From contig JAVHQC010000035.1 in assembly GCA_036170915.1 (NCBI GenBank), positions 1 to 64,000 of the forward strand: a stretch of DNA of 64,000 nt. Reading direction: 5' to 3'. Under the pieces are notes generated by a model, which made no database searches, was not told the origin of the DNA, and saw only the letters and a list, made by a program, of their open reading frames with translations. The DNA is from Cyanobacteria bacterium auto_48_18. Its GTDB lineage: Bacteria; Cyanobacteriota; Vampirovibrionia; Obscuribacterales; Obscuribacteraceae. Of this stretch, positions 36,380 to 45,120 are shown piece by piece. Position numbers and translations under genes: made by a program. Numbering within the stretch: position 1 is the stretch's first letter; every line of letters begins with the position of its first letter.

Positions 36380-37630
36380 GTGAGCATTCCAACCCTGCTA
36401 GTCTGCGATGGTGATGAGCCCACGCAGCAGTTATTGGAAGGACTAATTAAAAACGAGCCGGGATTGCGCTACATTGCCACAGTCTCAAAAAGAGACGGCA
36501 GTCGTGCAGTTGAACAGGCCATAAAAGTAGGCACTAAATTGCTCTGGATCGATCTCGATGATGAGCCTGTAGAGGGCCTGAATTTACTGGCGGAGACTCG
36601 TCAACTCTTCCCTCAGTTGCCTGTTATTGTCAGCAAGAGTGTCTTAGACGCCGACATGGTGCGAGCTTCAGTCAATCTTGGCGCTCTAGACTTTTTAGAT
36701 CCGCAGAGTTGGGTCAATCAAATCAAGATTGTGGTGGCAAAACTGCAAGCATCTTCGGCTGCACCAGCCGCGGTGGCAGCTGCTGCTCCTCAACCAGCTC
36801 CGGCTCCTGCTCCTCAACCAGCTCCAGCTCCTGCTCCTCAACCAATTCCTGCACCTGCTCCGACTCCTCAGTCTGCTGCAGCTCCGACTCCTGCCGAGGG
36901 CGGCAACCGCTGGGGCGACCTGGATAAGATTCCAGCTCCTAAAGTGGGTGGCGCGGCAAGTGCACCCGCGGCAAAAGCACAAGAAGCTACGGGCGAAATT
37001 CACCTCGCTGCAGAAGCTGGCTTCCGGCCACCTGCAACCCCTCAAGTGCAGGTACAAGCAGCCGCGCAACAACCGGCAGCACCCGCTGCGGCACCATCTA
37101 ATGGTAACAAGTGGGGTGACCTGGACGCCATTGGTACTCCGTCAGCTGCTGCGGCCCCTTCTGCACCTGCAGCTCCAGCACCGGCTCCTGCGCCGGCAGC
37201 TCCTGCACCGGCTCCTGCACCGGCAGCTCCAGAACCGACACCAGCTCCTGCTGCAGCTCCTGCTCCTGCTCCTGCACCAACACCAGCTCCGACGCCAGCC
37301 GCTGAAGCCACCGAGCCTGCTAAAAAATGGGGCGACCTCGATGCCATTCCTACACCAAAAGTAGAAGTCGAGCCAGTAGCGATTTCAAAACCCATCCACG
37401 CAGCCGGTGATAACAAATGGGGCGAACTTGATGCTATTCCAAGCCCTCAAGACAAACCGCGTCCAGCTCCTCCAACACTGCTACCTGCACCCAGTGGTGG
37501 CAAAGGCCTGAAAAGACCGGCACCGGAAAAAGCAGAGATGTACAACATTCCTGCAGTGCCAATCTGGATGATCATTTTGATTTTGCTTGTAATCGCCGGC
37601 TGCGCATATTACGTCTTGCGGCCACATTAG
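36380..37630 (+). CDS. Receiver-like N-domain + Pro/Ala-rich linker with four WG(D/E)LD motifs + C-terminal TM anchor
   Basis: LLVCDGD, LLWIDLD, GLNLL, GALDFL receiver-like pattern, PA repeats, hydrophobic C-terminus. Confidence 0.7.
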   Translation: MSIPTLLVCDGDEPTQQLLEGLIKNEPGLRYIATVSKRDGSRAVEQAIKVGTKLLWIDLDDEPVEGLNLLAETRQLFPQLPVIVSKSVLDADMVRASVNLGALDFLDPQSWVNQIKIVVAKLQASSAAPAAVAAAAPQPAPAPAPQPAPAPAPQPIPAPAPTPQSAAAPTPAEGGNRWGDLDKIPAPKVGGAASAPAAKAQEATGEIHLAAEAGFRPPATPQVQVQAAAQQPAAPAAAPSNGNKWGDLDAIGTPSAAAAPSAPAAPAPAPAPAAPAPAPAPAAPEPTPAPAAAPAPAPAPTPAPTPAAEATEPAKKWGDLDAIPTPKVEVEPVAISKPIHAAGDNKWGELDAIPSPQDKPRPAPPTLLPAPSGGKGLKRPAPEKAEMYNIPAVPIWMIILILLVIAGCAYYVLRPH

Positions 37631-37637
37631 TGATTAG

Positions 37638-37961
37638 CTAATCTGCAAGCTGGTCGATTTTCGCTGCCAAAATAAAATCAGATTCGGTTAAACCATTGAT
37701 TTTGTGCGTCCAGATTTCAACTTTGAGTTTGCCCCATGAAATATGCAGATCAGGATGATGATCAATACGATCCGCCAATTCACCGGCTTTAGTGGCCAGA
37801 TTCATAGCACCGCGAAAATCTTTGAATTCGTAGGTTCTGGTTAATTTGCCGTCGGTAATGGTCCAGGCTTTTAGTTCAGCCAAATAGGGCTGCCACTCCT
37901 CCTCGGATAGCGGCGGTACACCACCTCGACAGGGGATACACTCTTTTTCAGCAAGATTCAT
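37638..37961 (-). CDS. phhB: Pterin-4-alpha-carbinolamine dehydratase
   Basis: C.PC.GG.PPL, FKDF, DHHPDL, WTH..NGLTESDFILAAKID. Confidence 0.92.
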   Translation of the reverse strand: MNLAEKECIPCRGGVPPLSEEEWQPYLAELKAWTITDGKLTRTYEFKDFRGAMNLATKAGELADRIDHHPDLHISWGKLKVEIWTHKINGLTESDFILAAKIDQLAD

Positions 37962-37978
37962 TGGTGTCCCTCTTGAGC

Positions 37979-39385
37979 TTAAAATTCAGGGCTTTCTTTA
38001 GACAAATCGCCGATGGTCATTTTCAACGGAACAGTGCGTGTACCGCGCTGCACAACGAAGTCTACTTGATCTCCAGGTTTCTTATTCTGGGTCTGTTGAC
38101 GCACTTCCATGCGCGAACGCACAGTCACACCGTTGATTTTGATAATCAAGTCTCCTGAAGCCATCCCAGCCTTTTCAGCAGGCCCGCCTGAAGCTAAGCG
38201 TACAATTTTAACTGCCACCGGATGTGATGGCAGTGTCAGCGATCTGGTGCGATTAGGATCCACATCTTCCATGTACACCCCAAGAAAAGGTCTAGGTATT
38301 TGCCCGCTTGCAATCAGCCTGCTGGCTACGTCAGCAGCCACGTTGGAAGGTGTAGCGAAGCCAATGCACAGAGCTTGACTGCGCACGGCAGTGTTAATGC
38401 CGATTACTTCACCATTTAAATTCAGTAAAGGGCCGCCGGAGTTGCCCAAATTTAGAGCTGCATCGTGCTGAATCAGGTCAACTCGATTTTTAAAATCAGC
38501 CAATGATCGGTTGATGGCGCTGACTACACCCAGTGTCAAAGTATGATCAAAGCCAAGCGGTGATCCAATTGCAATGGCCCAATCGCCAGGTTGCACATTT
38601 TTTGAATTGGCGAACTTTAGCACCGGCAATTTGTCAGCATCGATTTTTATTACTGCCAGATCTGAGAAATCATCACGCCCGATCAAGCGAGCAGGAAAGC
38701 TGCGTTTATCATCAAGAGTGACAGTGACGTCAGAGTAACGGTGTATAACATGCGAATTAGTAAGAATATAACCGTCAGATCTAACGATTAACCCTGATGC
38801 CTCCGCGGGCGGTATCATACTCGGCCCCGGTTTAGCCGCATTAGTACGAGCACCATTAAACTTGATGTCAATAGTGACCACAGAAGGATTCGCTTTCGCG
38901 GCGATATCAGCAATCAAATTAACCGGAGTCTTGTCTGACCGGGTTTCAGCAAAGAGATTCGCCATGCTGGGCTTTAAGCTTGTAGTTACTGGTTCGCGTG
39001 GAATTAGGTAATAACCGGCCCAACATCCAAAGGCAAAAAGATTGACTCCGGTTAATGCCATCAGCAAAAAAGTAGTCTTTTTGCTGAACTTAAACGCAGC
39101 CGCTTCACCAGCCCCGCCATTAGATGGCACTTCACCTTCAGCTGCGGCCCCACCAGCCGTGGAGCCAGGGGCGTCTGGGCGCATCTGGGGCGGCAAGTAA
39201 GGTTGCCAGGTTGTGGCCGGGCGATCTTCCAGTAACGACTCGCGGGAGACGGCCGGGGCCGGGTTCGCCTTACTATCTAGACGAGATTGGCCTGTCGAAG
39301 CCTTATCGGCACTTTCGGTGGGCGACTCATCGTCGGAAAAGTCGGAAGATATGTAAATTGGAACGTGGTCTGGGATTTCGGGCAT
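37979..39385 (-). CDS. HtrA/DegS-family serine protease with TM anchor and one PDZ domain
   Basis: ILTNSHV, DLAVIKI, GNSGGPL triad motifs. RPFLGV...GPAEKAG PDZ. Confidence 0.92.
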   Translation of the reverse strand: MPEIPDHVPIYISSDFSDDESPTESADKASTGQSRLDSKANPAPAVSRESLLEDRPATTWQPYLPPQMRPDAPGSTAGGAAAEGEVPSNGGAGEAAAFKFSKKTTFLLMALTGVNLFAFGCWAGYYLIPREPVTTSLKPSMANLFAETRSDKTPVNLIADIAAKANPSVVTIDIKFNGARTNAAKPGPSMIPPAEASGLIVRSDGYILTNSHVIHRYSDVTVTLDDKRSFPARLIGRDDFSDLAVIKIDADKLPVLKFANSKNVQPGDWAIAIGSPLGFDHTLTLGVVSAINRSLADFKNRVDLIQHDAALNLGNSGGPLLNLNGEVIGINTAVRSQALCIGFATPSNVAADVASRLIASGQIPRPFLGVYMEDVDPNRTRSLTLPSHPVAVKIVRLASGGPAEKAGMASGDLIIKINGVTVRSRMEVRQQTQNKKPGDQVDFVVQRGTRTVPLKMTIGDLSKESPEF

Positions 39386-39444
39386 CCACTAATGATACCA
39401 GCTCCCAAATGTTCAGGTAACGGCACTGTTCTTTTATTAGCCTC

Positions 39445-40725
39445 CTACCAGCTTAAATCGGAGAGCCGCGCGCACCGCATTCGATCCAAAAAGAAAATTT
39501 CAAGCATCGCCTTTGTATTGGCACCATATCTGGCACTAGTAAACTTGCTGTCAACTTGTCTAATGATGCCTGTCAGCCAAAGTAAAATTTGCTCATCGTC
39601 AATATGGCAACTGGCACCATTAACGGGTTTGCACAAAAGAATTCTAGCTTTAATCGAAAGACGCATCAGTGTGACAAGCAAAATTAAGTGACCGATGCCG
39701 GCCAGTAAAGAAAGATTTGAGAAGCCCGGGCCAAAATACATTTTTGAAAAGACTCGCACATATACAAAACGGGCAAGAAGGTCTTCACAGGCTGAAGGTA
39801 GTGGGCCGGAAGCAGTATTCAGCAATTGCCCTATACCAAACTCAGCACCGGCGAATGGCAACATTAAACTGCCAACAGGAGCTACCAGAAATGCAGAAAC
39901 AGTCTCAGCAATAAGTCGGTCATCAAGCAATTTGTGACTGCGTGATTCATCTGTGTAAGCAGAAGCAAAGCTCGCCAATAGTATTTGATCAATTTGCTTC
40001 GGACGTGCAGCACTGCCAGGCAAATTTTCACGCCACATAGAAGCAGGACACAGGTCAGCAACTTGCTTGAAAAATCTGGCTAGAATAGCAGTGGCTGTGT
40101 CATCCTTGCGGGTAATTGCGCCACCCATATCGGTAATGGAACGCTGCAAATCTGCTAACAATGAAGACTCTAGTTCGCTAAATCGTTCATAACTTAAAGG
40201 CAAACCTTCGGCAATTTTAATTGACTGCCAACCGGCTAGTGTCTCACTTTCAAGCTGGGGGAAAAGAGAACGAAAAAGCTGCAATGTGGAAGCAAGCTCA
40301 TTATCTTGATCGCTGAGCAACCGCCCGCTGTTGCTAATCACTCCGCTGCTGGCAAAGCAAAGCCCGACAAATGTCCCCTCCGGAGTATCCATAAAGGTAT
40401 AGGGAAAAAGCTGACACATGGCCGGTTTAGCAGTATTGTGCAATGAGCATCCGGAATCATCCAGATATGAACACTTGCCGTCAGCTCGTTTCTCTAAAGC
40501 CCTGGTAAAGCCAACCAGACCACCCTGTTTTTCAGCTACCGACAAAAAACTGAGCGGTAATTCTGCTTCAGAAACAGACAACGCGCCGACCAGTCGCTTG
40601 ACGTCGGTTTCATTCAATGGCACCGGCCATGACAGGCAACAGTTGGCGCATCGAGTGCACTCGAATCGAATGCCTCGGGGAATGTGCAAAGAAGAAGTAA
40701 GCAAATGCATAACTGTATTAAACAA
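39445..40725 (-). CDS. YkgJ-family Cys-cluster (putative Fe-S/Zn) protein
   Basis: FECTRCANCC ... CSYL...CSLH..KPAMCQLFP. Confidence 0.8.
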   Translation of the reverse strand: MFNTVMHLLTSSLHIPRGIRFECTRCANCCLSWPVPLNETDVKRLVGALSVSEAELPLSFLSVAEKQGGLVGFTRALEKRADGKCSYLDDSGCSLHNTAKPAMCQLFPYTFMDTPEGTFVGLCFASSGVISNSGRLLSDQDNELASTLQLFRSLFPQLESETLAGWQSIKIAEGLPLSYERFSELESSLLADLQRSITDMGGAITRKDDTATAILARFFKQVADLCPASMWRENLPGSAARPKQIDQILLASFASAYTDESRSHKLLDDRLIAETVSAFLVAPVGSLMLPFAGAEFGIGQLLNTASGPLPSACEDLLARFVYVRVFSKMYFGPGFSNLSLLAGIGHLILLVTLMRLSIKARILLCKPVNGASCHIDDEQILLWLTGIIRQVDSKFTSARYGANTKAMLEIFFLDRMRCARLSDLSW

Positions 40726-40886
40726 TAATCATTGCGAATTTTGCGCGAATTTGGCTCTAATTTGGCGGCATTAGCAGTCATATGATAATCCGCTCATGCG
40801 CACATAGGCCCTGACTCATCAACATAGAGAGATATAAGCGGTAAATTACAGACGACAATGGTTTCCCCTCAACAGAATATTGACAC

Positions 40887-43367
40887 ATGCGCAAAAACAC
40901 TAACTGGTTCGCTCGCACTTTGGTTTTGCTTATGGCATTTGGCCTTACAACTCCGCCATACATGGTGGAAGCCAAAACCGGCGCGATTAATTCAACTGCT
41001 CCGATTGAAGACAAATGGGCGGTGATTATAGGCATTGGCGATTTCGTCGATCCCAGCATTCCGAAACTAAAATACTCAGCTAAAGACGCGCGTGACTTTT
41101 ACAATTATCTAGTTGACCCGGCGCAAGGAAAGTTTAAGCCAGACCATGTGCGCCTTTTGCTAGATAAAAATGCCACCAAAGTCAATATTATGGACGCACT
41201 GGGCGATTCATTTTTGCCTCATGCCGCCAACCCCAAAGATCTCGTCGTAATTTATCTATCTACCCACGGATCTCCAGCCGGAGCGGATATTCGCGGAGTG
41301 AATTATGTCGTTGCCTACGATACTCAAGTAAAAAAATTGTTCGCCACCGGCATCGAAATGAACCAGCTTCTGCGCATCATTAAAGAGAGAGTACACACCA
41401 ATCGAATGCTTTTGGTGATGGATACTTGCTACAGCGGGGCCGGCGCACGAGTGGGTCACAAGGGCATAGTTCGCACCAACATAGACGGCCATTCTGCGGC
41501 TCAAGGTGTTGGCTCGCTGGTAATTACATCAAGCTCTCCTGATCAAAGAGCATGGGAATCAGACGATCTTCACAACAGCTATTTCACTCGTTATTTCATT
41601 GATTCATTGAAAGAGACGGGCACTAAATCCAACAGTAACATTGAAGACGCCTTCAACATGATGCGCGCTAAAGTTCAAGCGACAGTGCTCAAAGATAAGG
41701 GCGAAATGCAAACACCGGTGATGGCTGGTGTTTTTTCAGGACCCAGCCTAAACATATCGGCACCACCCTCAGTGACTAGAGAAGCGCCCATTACCTTGCC
41801 TGCTGACGCCCTGGCGTCAGCTACACCAGGTTCAAGATCCATTGGTGGTGGCGGGCTCGATTTTTCCGCTTACGTAGAGCACGTGCGCCTGGGTAACCAG
41901 TTGGTGGAACAGAACAAAACCTGGGATGCCATCCACGAATTTGAACTAGCCACCAAAGCCAATCCTGAGACTATTGACGGTTACATTACCCTGGCCGAAC
42001 TTTACGACATGCAGGGCCGCACCAAAGAAATGCTTAACGCCGCCCGACGAGCGGTAATAAATGATGAAAGTTCTTCTAAAGGCAGAGAAATGCTTAGCCT
42101 TGCCAGTCTGCGCGACGGCAGCGTAGAAGAAGCTTTGCGTCAAGTGCAAATGGCCATTACTCTCGACCCGTTAAATTCAAGAGCCCATAATTTGTTGGGC
42201 TATATCAATGAGCACAAGTTCAACCGCGTTGATCAAGCTGAGCAAGAATACCGGAAAGCTCTCGAGATAAATGGCCTCAACACCAGAGCTTTGGTCAATC
42301 TTGGCTTACTTTTAGAGAAACACAATAGTGATTTAACCGAACCAGAGGCACTATTCCGCAAAGCAGTTGAAAGTGATGCAGACGACTGGGAAGCGCACCT
42401 TTCGCTCGGTCACCTGCTCCACGCCCGCAAGGGAAAACTTGAAGAAGCGGAGAAAGAAATTCGTAAAGCCATTGAACTGGCACCAGCGAACGCACGCATT
42501 CACAGTGAACTGGGAAATATTCTGGCCAAGGACAAAAAGCGTCTCGAAGAATCTGAAGTGGAATTGAAGAAAGGTATTGAACTTGGCGCTGACAAGGGAA
42601 CGCCACACTATCTGTTGGCCAACTTCTTGCTTAATCAGCGAGGACGCATTGACGAAGCTGAGCGCGAATATCGCAAAGCAATTCAGATGGATCCTAATTT
42701 TGATCAAGCCATGGTGGCACTGGCAGACTGTCTGGTGACTTACCGCAAAATTTATGATCAATCTGATGACCTTTACAAGCGTGCATTAAAAGTCAATGCC
42801 AAAAATGCAGCGGCCCACTTAGGCATAGCCCGAATACAAGAACTGCTCTTCAAGAACTTTGTCGCTGCTGAAGAAGAGACTCGCGCAGCTCTGGCCATTG
42901 ATCCACGTTATTCGCTGGCTCACGAAAGATTGGGAATTTTGCTTGAGAAATTAGGCAAGCCTGGTGACGCTAGACTTGCCTACCAGACTGCCATTGAGAC
43001 CGATCCAGAAAATGCCCGGGCGCATTTTTTACTGGCCATGCTCACCTGGGAACAGTTGCGTAAACCGCAAGAAGCAAAAAAATCACTTGAAGAAGCGATC
43101 AGATTACAGCCCCTCAACTCGACTTATATAACAGCCATGGGCAAATGGCTTTCATCAGAAACGAAACAATATAAAGAGGCCGAGGCTCTGTTTCGCAAAG
43201 CCAATGAAATCAATTTTGCCGATACCGAGGCTCACTATTTGTTGGGCATGCTACTGATTGAAAAACTTGGTCAACGCAAAGCCGGTGAAGCAGAATTGAA
43301 AACCGCCATCGATCAAAAACCTGACGACAAAGTCTACAAGGCCTCATATGAAAGGTTTGTGCACTAG
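40887..43367 (+). CDS. Secreted caspase-like (peptidase C14, orthocaspase) protein with long TPR array
   Basis: Signal peptide, KWAVIIGI, LKYSAKDA, STHGS and DTCYSG catalytic dyad, QTP, then many TPRs. Confidence 0.9.
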   Translation: MRKNTNWFARTLVLLMAFGLTTPPYMVEAKTGAINSTAPIEDKWAVIIGIGDFVDPSIPKLKYSAKDARDFYNYLVDPAQGKFKPDHVRLLLDKNATKVNIMDALGDSFLPHAANPKDLVVIYLSTHGSPAGADIRGVNYVVAYDTQVKKLFATGIEMNQLLRIIKERVHTNRMLLVMDTCYSGAGARVGHKGIVRTNIDGHSAAQGVGSLVITSSSPDQRAWESDDLHNSYFTRYFIDSLKETGTKSNSNIEDAFNMMRAKVQATVLKDKGEMQTPVMAGVFSGPSLNISAPPSVTREAPITLPADALASATPGSRSIGGGGLDFSAYVEHVRLGNQLVEQNKTWDAIHEFELATKANPETIDGYITLAELYDMQGRTKEMLNAARRAVINDESSSKGREMLSLASLRDGSVEEALRQVQMAITLDPLNSRAHNLLGYINEHKFNRVDQAEQEYRKALEINGLNTRALVNLGLLLEKHNSDLTEPEALFRKAVESDADDWEAHLSLGHLLHARKGKLEEAEKEIRKAIELAPANARIHSELGNILAKDKKRLEESEVELKKGIELGADKGTPHYLLANFLLNQRGRIDEAEREYRKAIQMDPNFDQAMVALADCLVTYRKIYDQSDDLYKRALKVNAKNAAAHLGIARIQELLFKNFVAAEEETRAALAIDPRYSLAHERLGILLEKLGKPGDARLAYQTAIETDPENARAHFLLAMLTWEQLRKPQEAKKSLEEAIRLQPLNSTYITAMGKWLSSETKQYKEAEALFRKANEINFADTEAHYLLGMLLIEKLGQRKAGEAELKTAIDQKPDDKVYKASYERFVH

Positions 43368-43369
43368 AT

Positions 43370-43870
43370 ATGAGTACAGAAAAACCACAATATCGTTTTG
43401 ATGATTTCGATGATGACGAAGATGACGAAGAAAACCAGTACCATGAGGAGCTAGTCTTCGACCTGGTCTCACTAATTCACGCCTGGCAAGACGAAGCGCC
43501 AGATAACAACTATTATCTTGATACCAAAAATGGTGCGGTTAAGTTAGTCAATCAAAATCTCTATGATCTAAAGCAATTGACTGACGAAATTGAAAAACAT
43601 AAAGAGCGTTATTTGTATCTGCCTAAGCCAGGCCCACAGCAGTTAAAAGACGACCTCCGCGATTTTCAGAAAACCATCGAAAATAAGAGCCTGGTGCCAA
43701 TACTAGACATGGCTATTGAAAGTCCACATCCGCTGGCCGGATTCAATAAAGTGCTCTCATCCCATCCAGAGGAGCTCGAGCGCTTCAAAGAATTTAGAGA
43801 ATCGAGAGTACGGCTGCGCATCAGGCAGTGGTTTGAAGCAAACTCGCTTGTCGACCGCTGGGAAGTTTAG
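43370..43870 (+). CDS. UPF0158-like protein
   Basis: Acidic N-terminus, YYLDTKNG, RYLYLP, F...L..HP, IRQW pattern. Confidence 0.65.
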   Translation: MSTEKPQYRFDDFDDDEDDEENQYHEELVFDLVSLIHAWQDEAPDNNYYLDTKNGAVKLVNQNLYDLKQLTDEIEKHKERYLYLPKPGPQQLKDDLRDFQKTIENKSLVPILDMAIESPHPLAGFNKVLSSHPEELERFKEFRESRVRLRIRQWFEANSLVDRWEV

Positions 43871-43977
43871 AGCTTATATCAGTCACGGCTGCGTAGGAAG
43901 CATCGCGTCGTGTATGTACGTATTGCTAAGTTGCGAATCGGCATTAATATCAATATGCAGTCCAGAGGATTTTCTCA

Positions 43978-44847
43978 ATGGATCAAATTGATTCCCCGAA
44001 AGCATCAGCCAAAGAAACTGCTAAAGATTTTTTCGGCAAAGCCTGCGCCATTCAGCCGCAAGACAACGAACTGCCTGTTATAACCCGCAACTTTAGATCG
44101 CCGGGTTGCGATCTGCAAAGCTATCAATCGCCGCCGGCCAATGATGGCGACATGGATGCCCTTCAACTATATAGAGACTTACGGCCCAGTGTGGCTTATT
44201 TTAAGATGCAGGGCAAGACCGACGGCACCGGCAAAGAACAAGCTGGATTAGATAAAACCTGGGGCGGCAGCGGAGTGATTGCCGCTAAAGAAGAAACCAG
44301 CTGTTTAGTGATTACCGACGACCATGTCACTAAAGGTGTGCCGCAGCAACATGTTAAAGCTGGTGAAATCGGAGTCGTGTTGGCCAATGGCCAGAAATAT
44401 TTGGGCTCTGTGATCACTTCAGATCCGGCTCGAGATCTAGCTCTTGTAAAAATTGATACTGGCTCTGAAACAGAGAGCATTTGTAAACCGGCTAAATTCC
44501 ACGACACCGTTATAGACCCTGCGCAATCACCTGAGCTAATCACAATCGGACAGCCATATACTTCTGAGGCGATTTACACATCTACGGGTACCGCATCTCA
44601 AATGCAAAAACGAAGCTCGTTCAATACTATAATTCAGCCTCTACCTGGTGAAGATGCTAATCGAGACGTTCTGGTCAGCAGTCTCTCAATTCGTGAAGGT
44701 TTCTCAGGTGGAGCGGTTTTTGACAAAACTGGCACCGTGGTTGGTGTCAATGATTTTCATACCAGCCCCATGTCATCAGTATCCACTCCCGTTACCAACG
44801 AAACGGTGAAAGATTTGCTTTCCAGGCGAAATGATAAAAGTCCCTAA
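43978..44847 (+). CDS. Trypsin-like serine protease
   Basis: GSGV, ITDDHV, DLALVKI, GFSGGAVFD..G.VVGV. Confidence 0.8.
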   Translation: MDQIDSPKASAKETAKDFFGKACAIQPQDNELPVITRNFRSPGCDLQSYQSPPANDGDMDALQLYRDLRPSVAYFKMQGKTDGTGKEQAGLDKTWGGSGVIAAKEETSCLVITDDHVTKGVPQQHVKAGEIGVVLANGQKYLGSVITSDPARDLALVKIDTGSETESICKPAKFHDTVIDPAQSPELITIGQPYTSEAIYTSTGTASQMQKRSSFNTIIQPLPGEDANRDVLVSSLSIREGFSGGAVFDKTGTVVGVNDFHTSPMSSVSTPVTNETVKDLLSRRNDKSP

Positions 44848-44849
44848 CT

Positions 44850-45068
44850 TCAAGTACTGACGCTGTACTTGTTCAAAGAGTTACCAACACCACGCTCTGG
44901 CAGTGCAGGCCCACGCACCACTTTTATGGCTGACCAGGGCAAGTAAAGTGTTTCATTCTCTCGTCGTAAGCACAGATATGTGCCTTGATCGGCCATAGCA
45001 ACCTCACCATCAACCTGTTCACCGCTCATCAAGAGAACGGTTACTGCTGTATTCATGGGAATGGCCAT
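44850..45068 (-). CDS. Small Sm/Hfq-like protein
   Basis: VTVLLMSGEQVDGEV...DQ..YLCL......LYLPWSAIKVV matches Sm1/Sm2 spacing of Hfq-type proteins. Confidence 0.55.
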   Translation of the reverse strand: MAIPMNTAVTVLLMSGEQVDGEVAMADQGTYLCLRRENETLYLPWSAIKVVRGPALPERGVGNSLNKYSVST

Positions 45069-45120
45069 CGATACTCCAAATCATCGCGAAGGGTGGCTGC
45101 TAAGTATAACTCAGAACGCT

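Noticed and set aside
36695..37416. Overlapping low-complexity ORFs (RS-rich, GA-rich, LLQ-rich)
   Set aside because: Shadow frames of the Pro/Ala-rich linker of 36380..37630.
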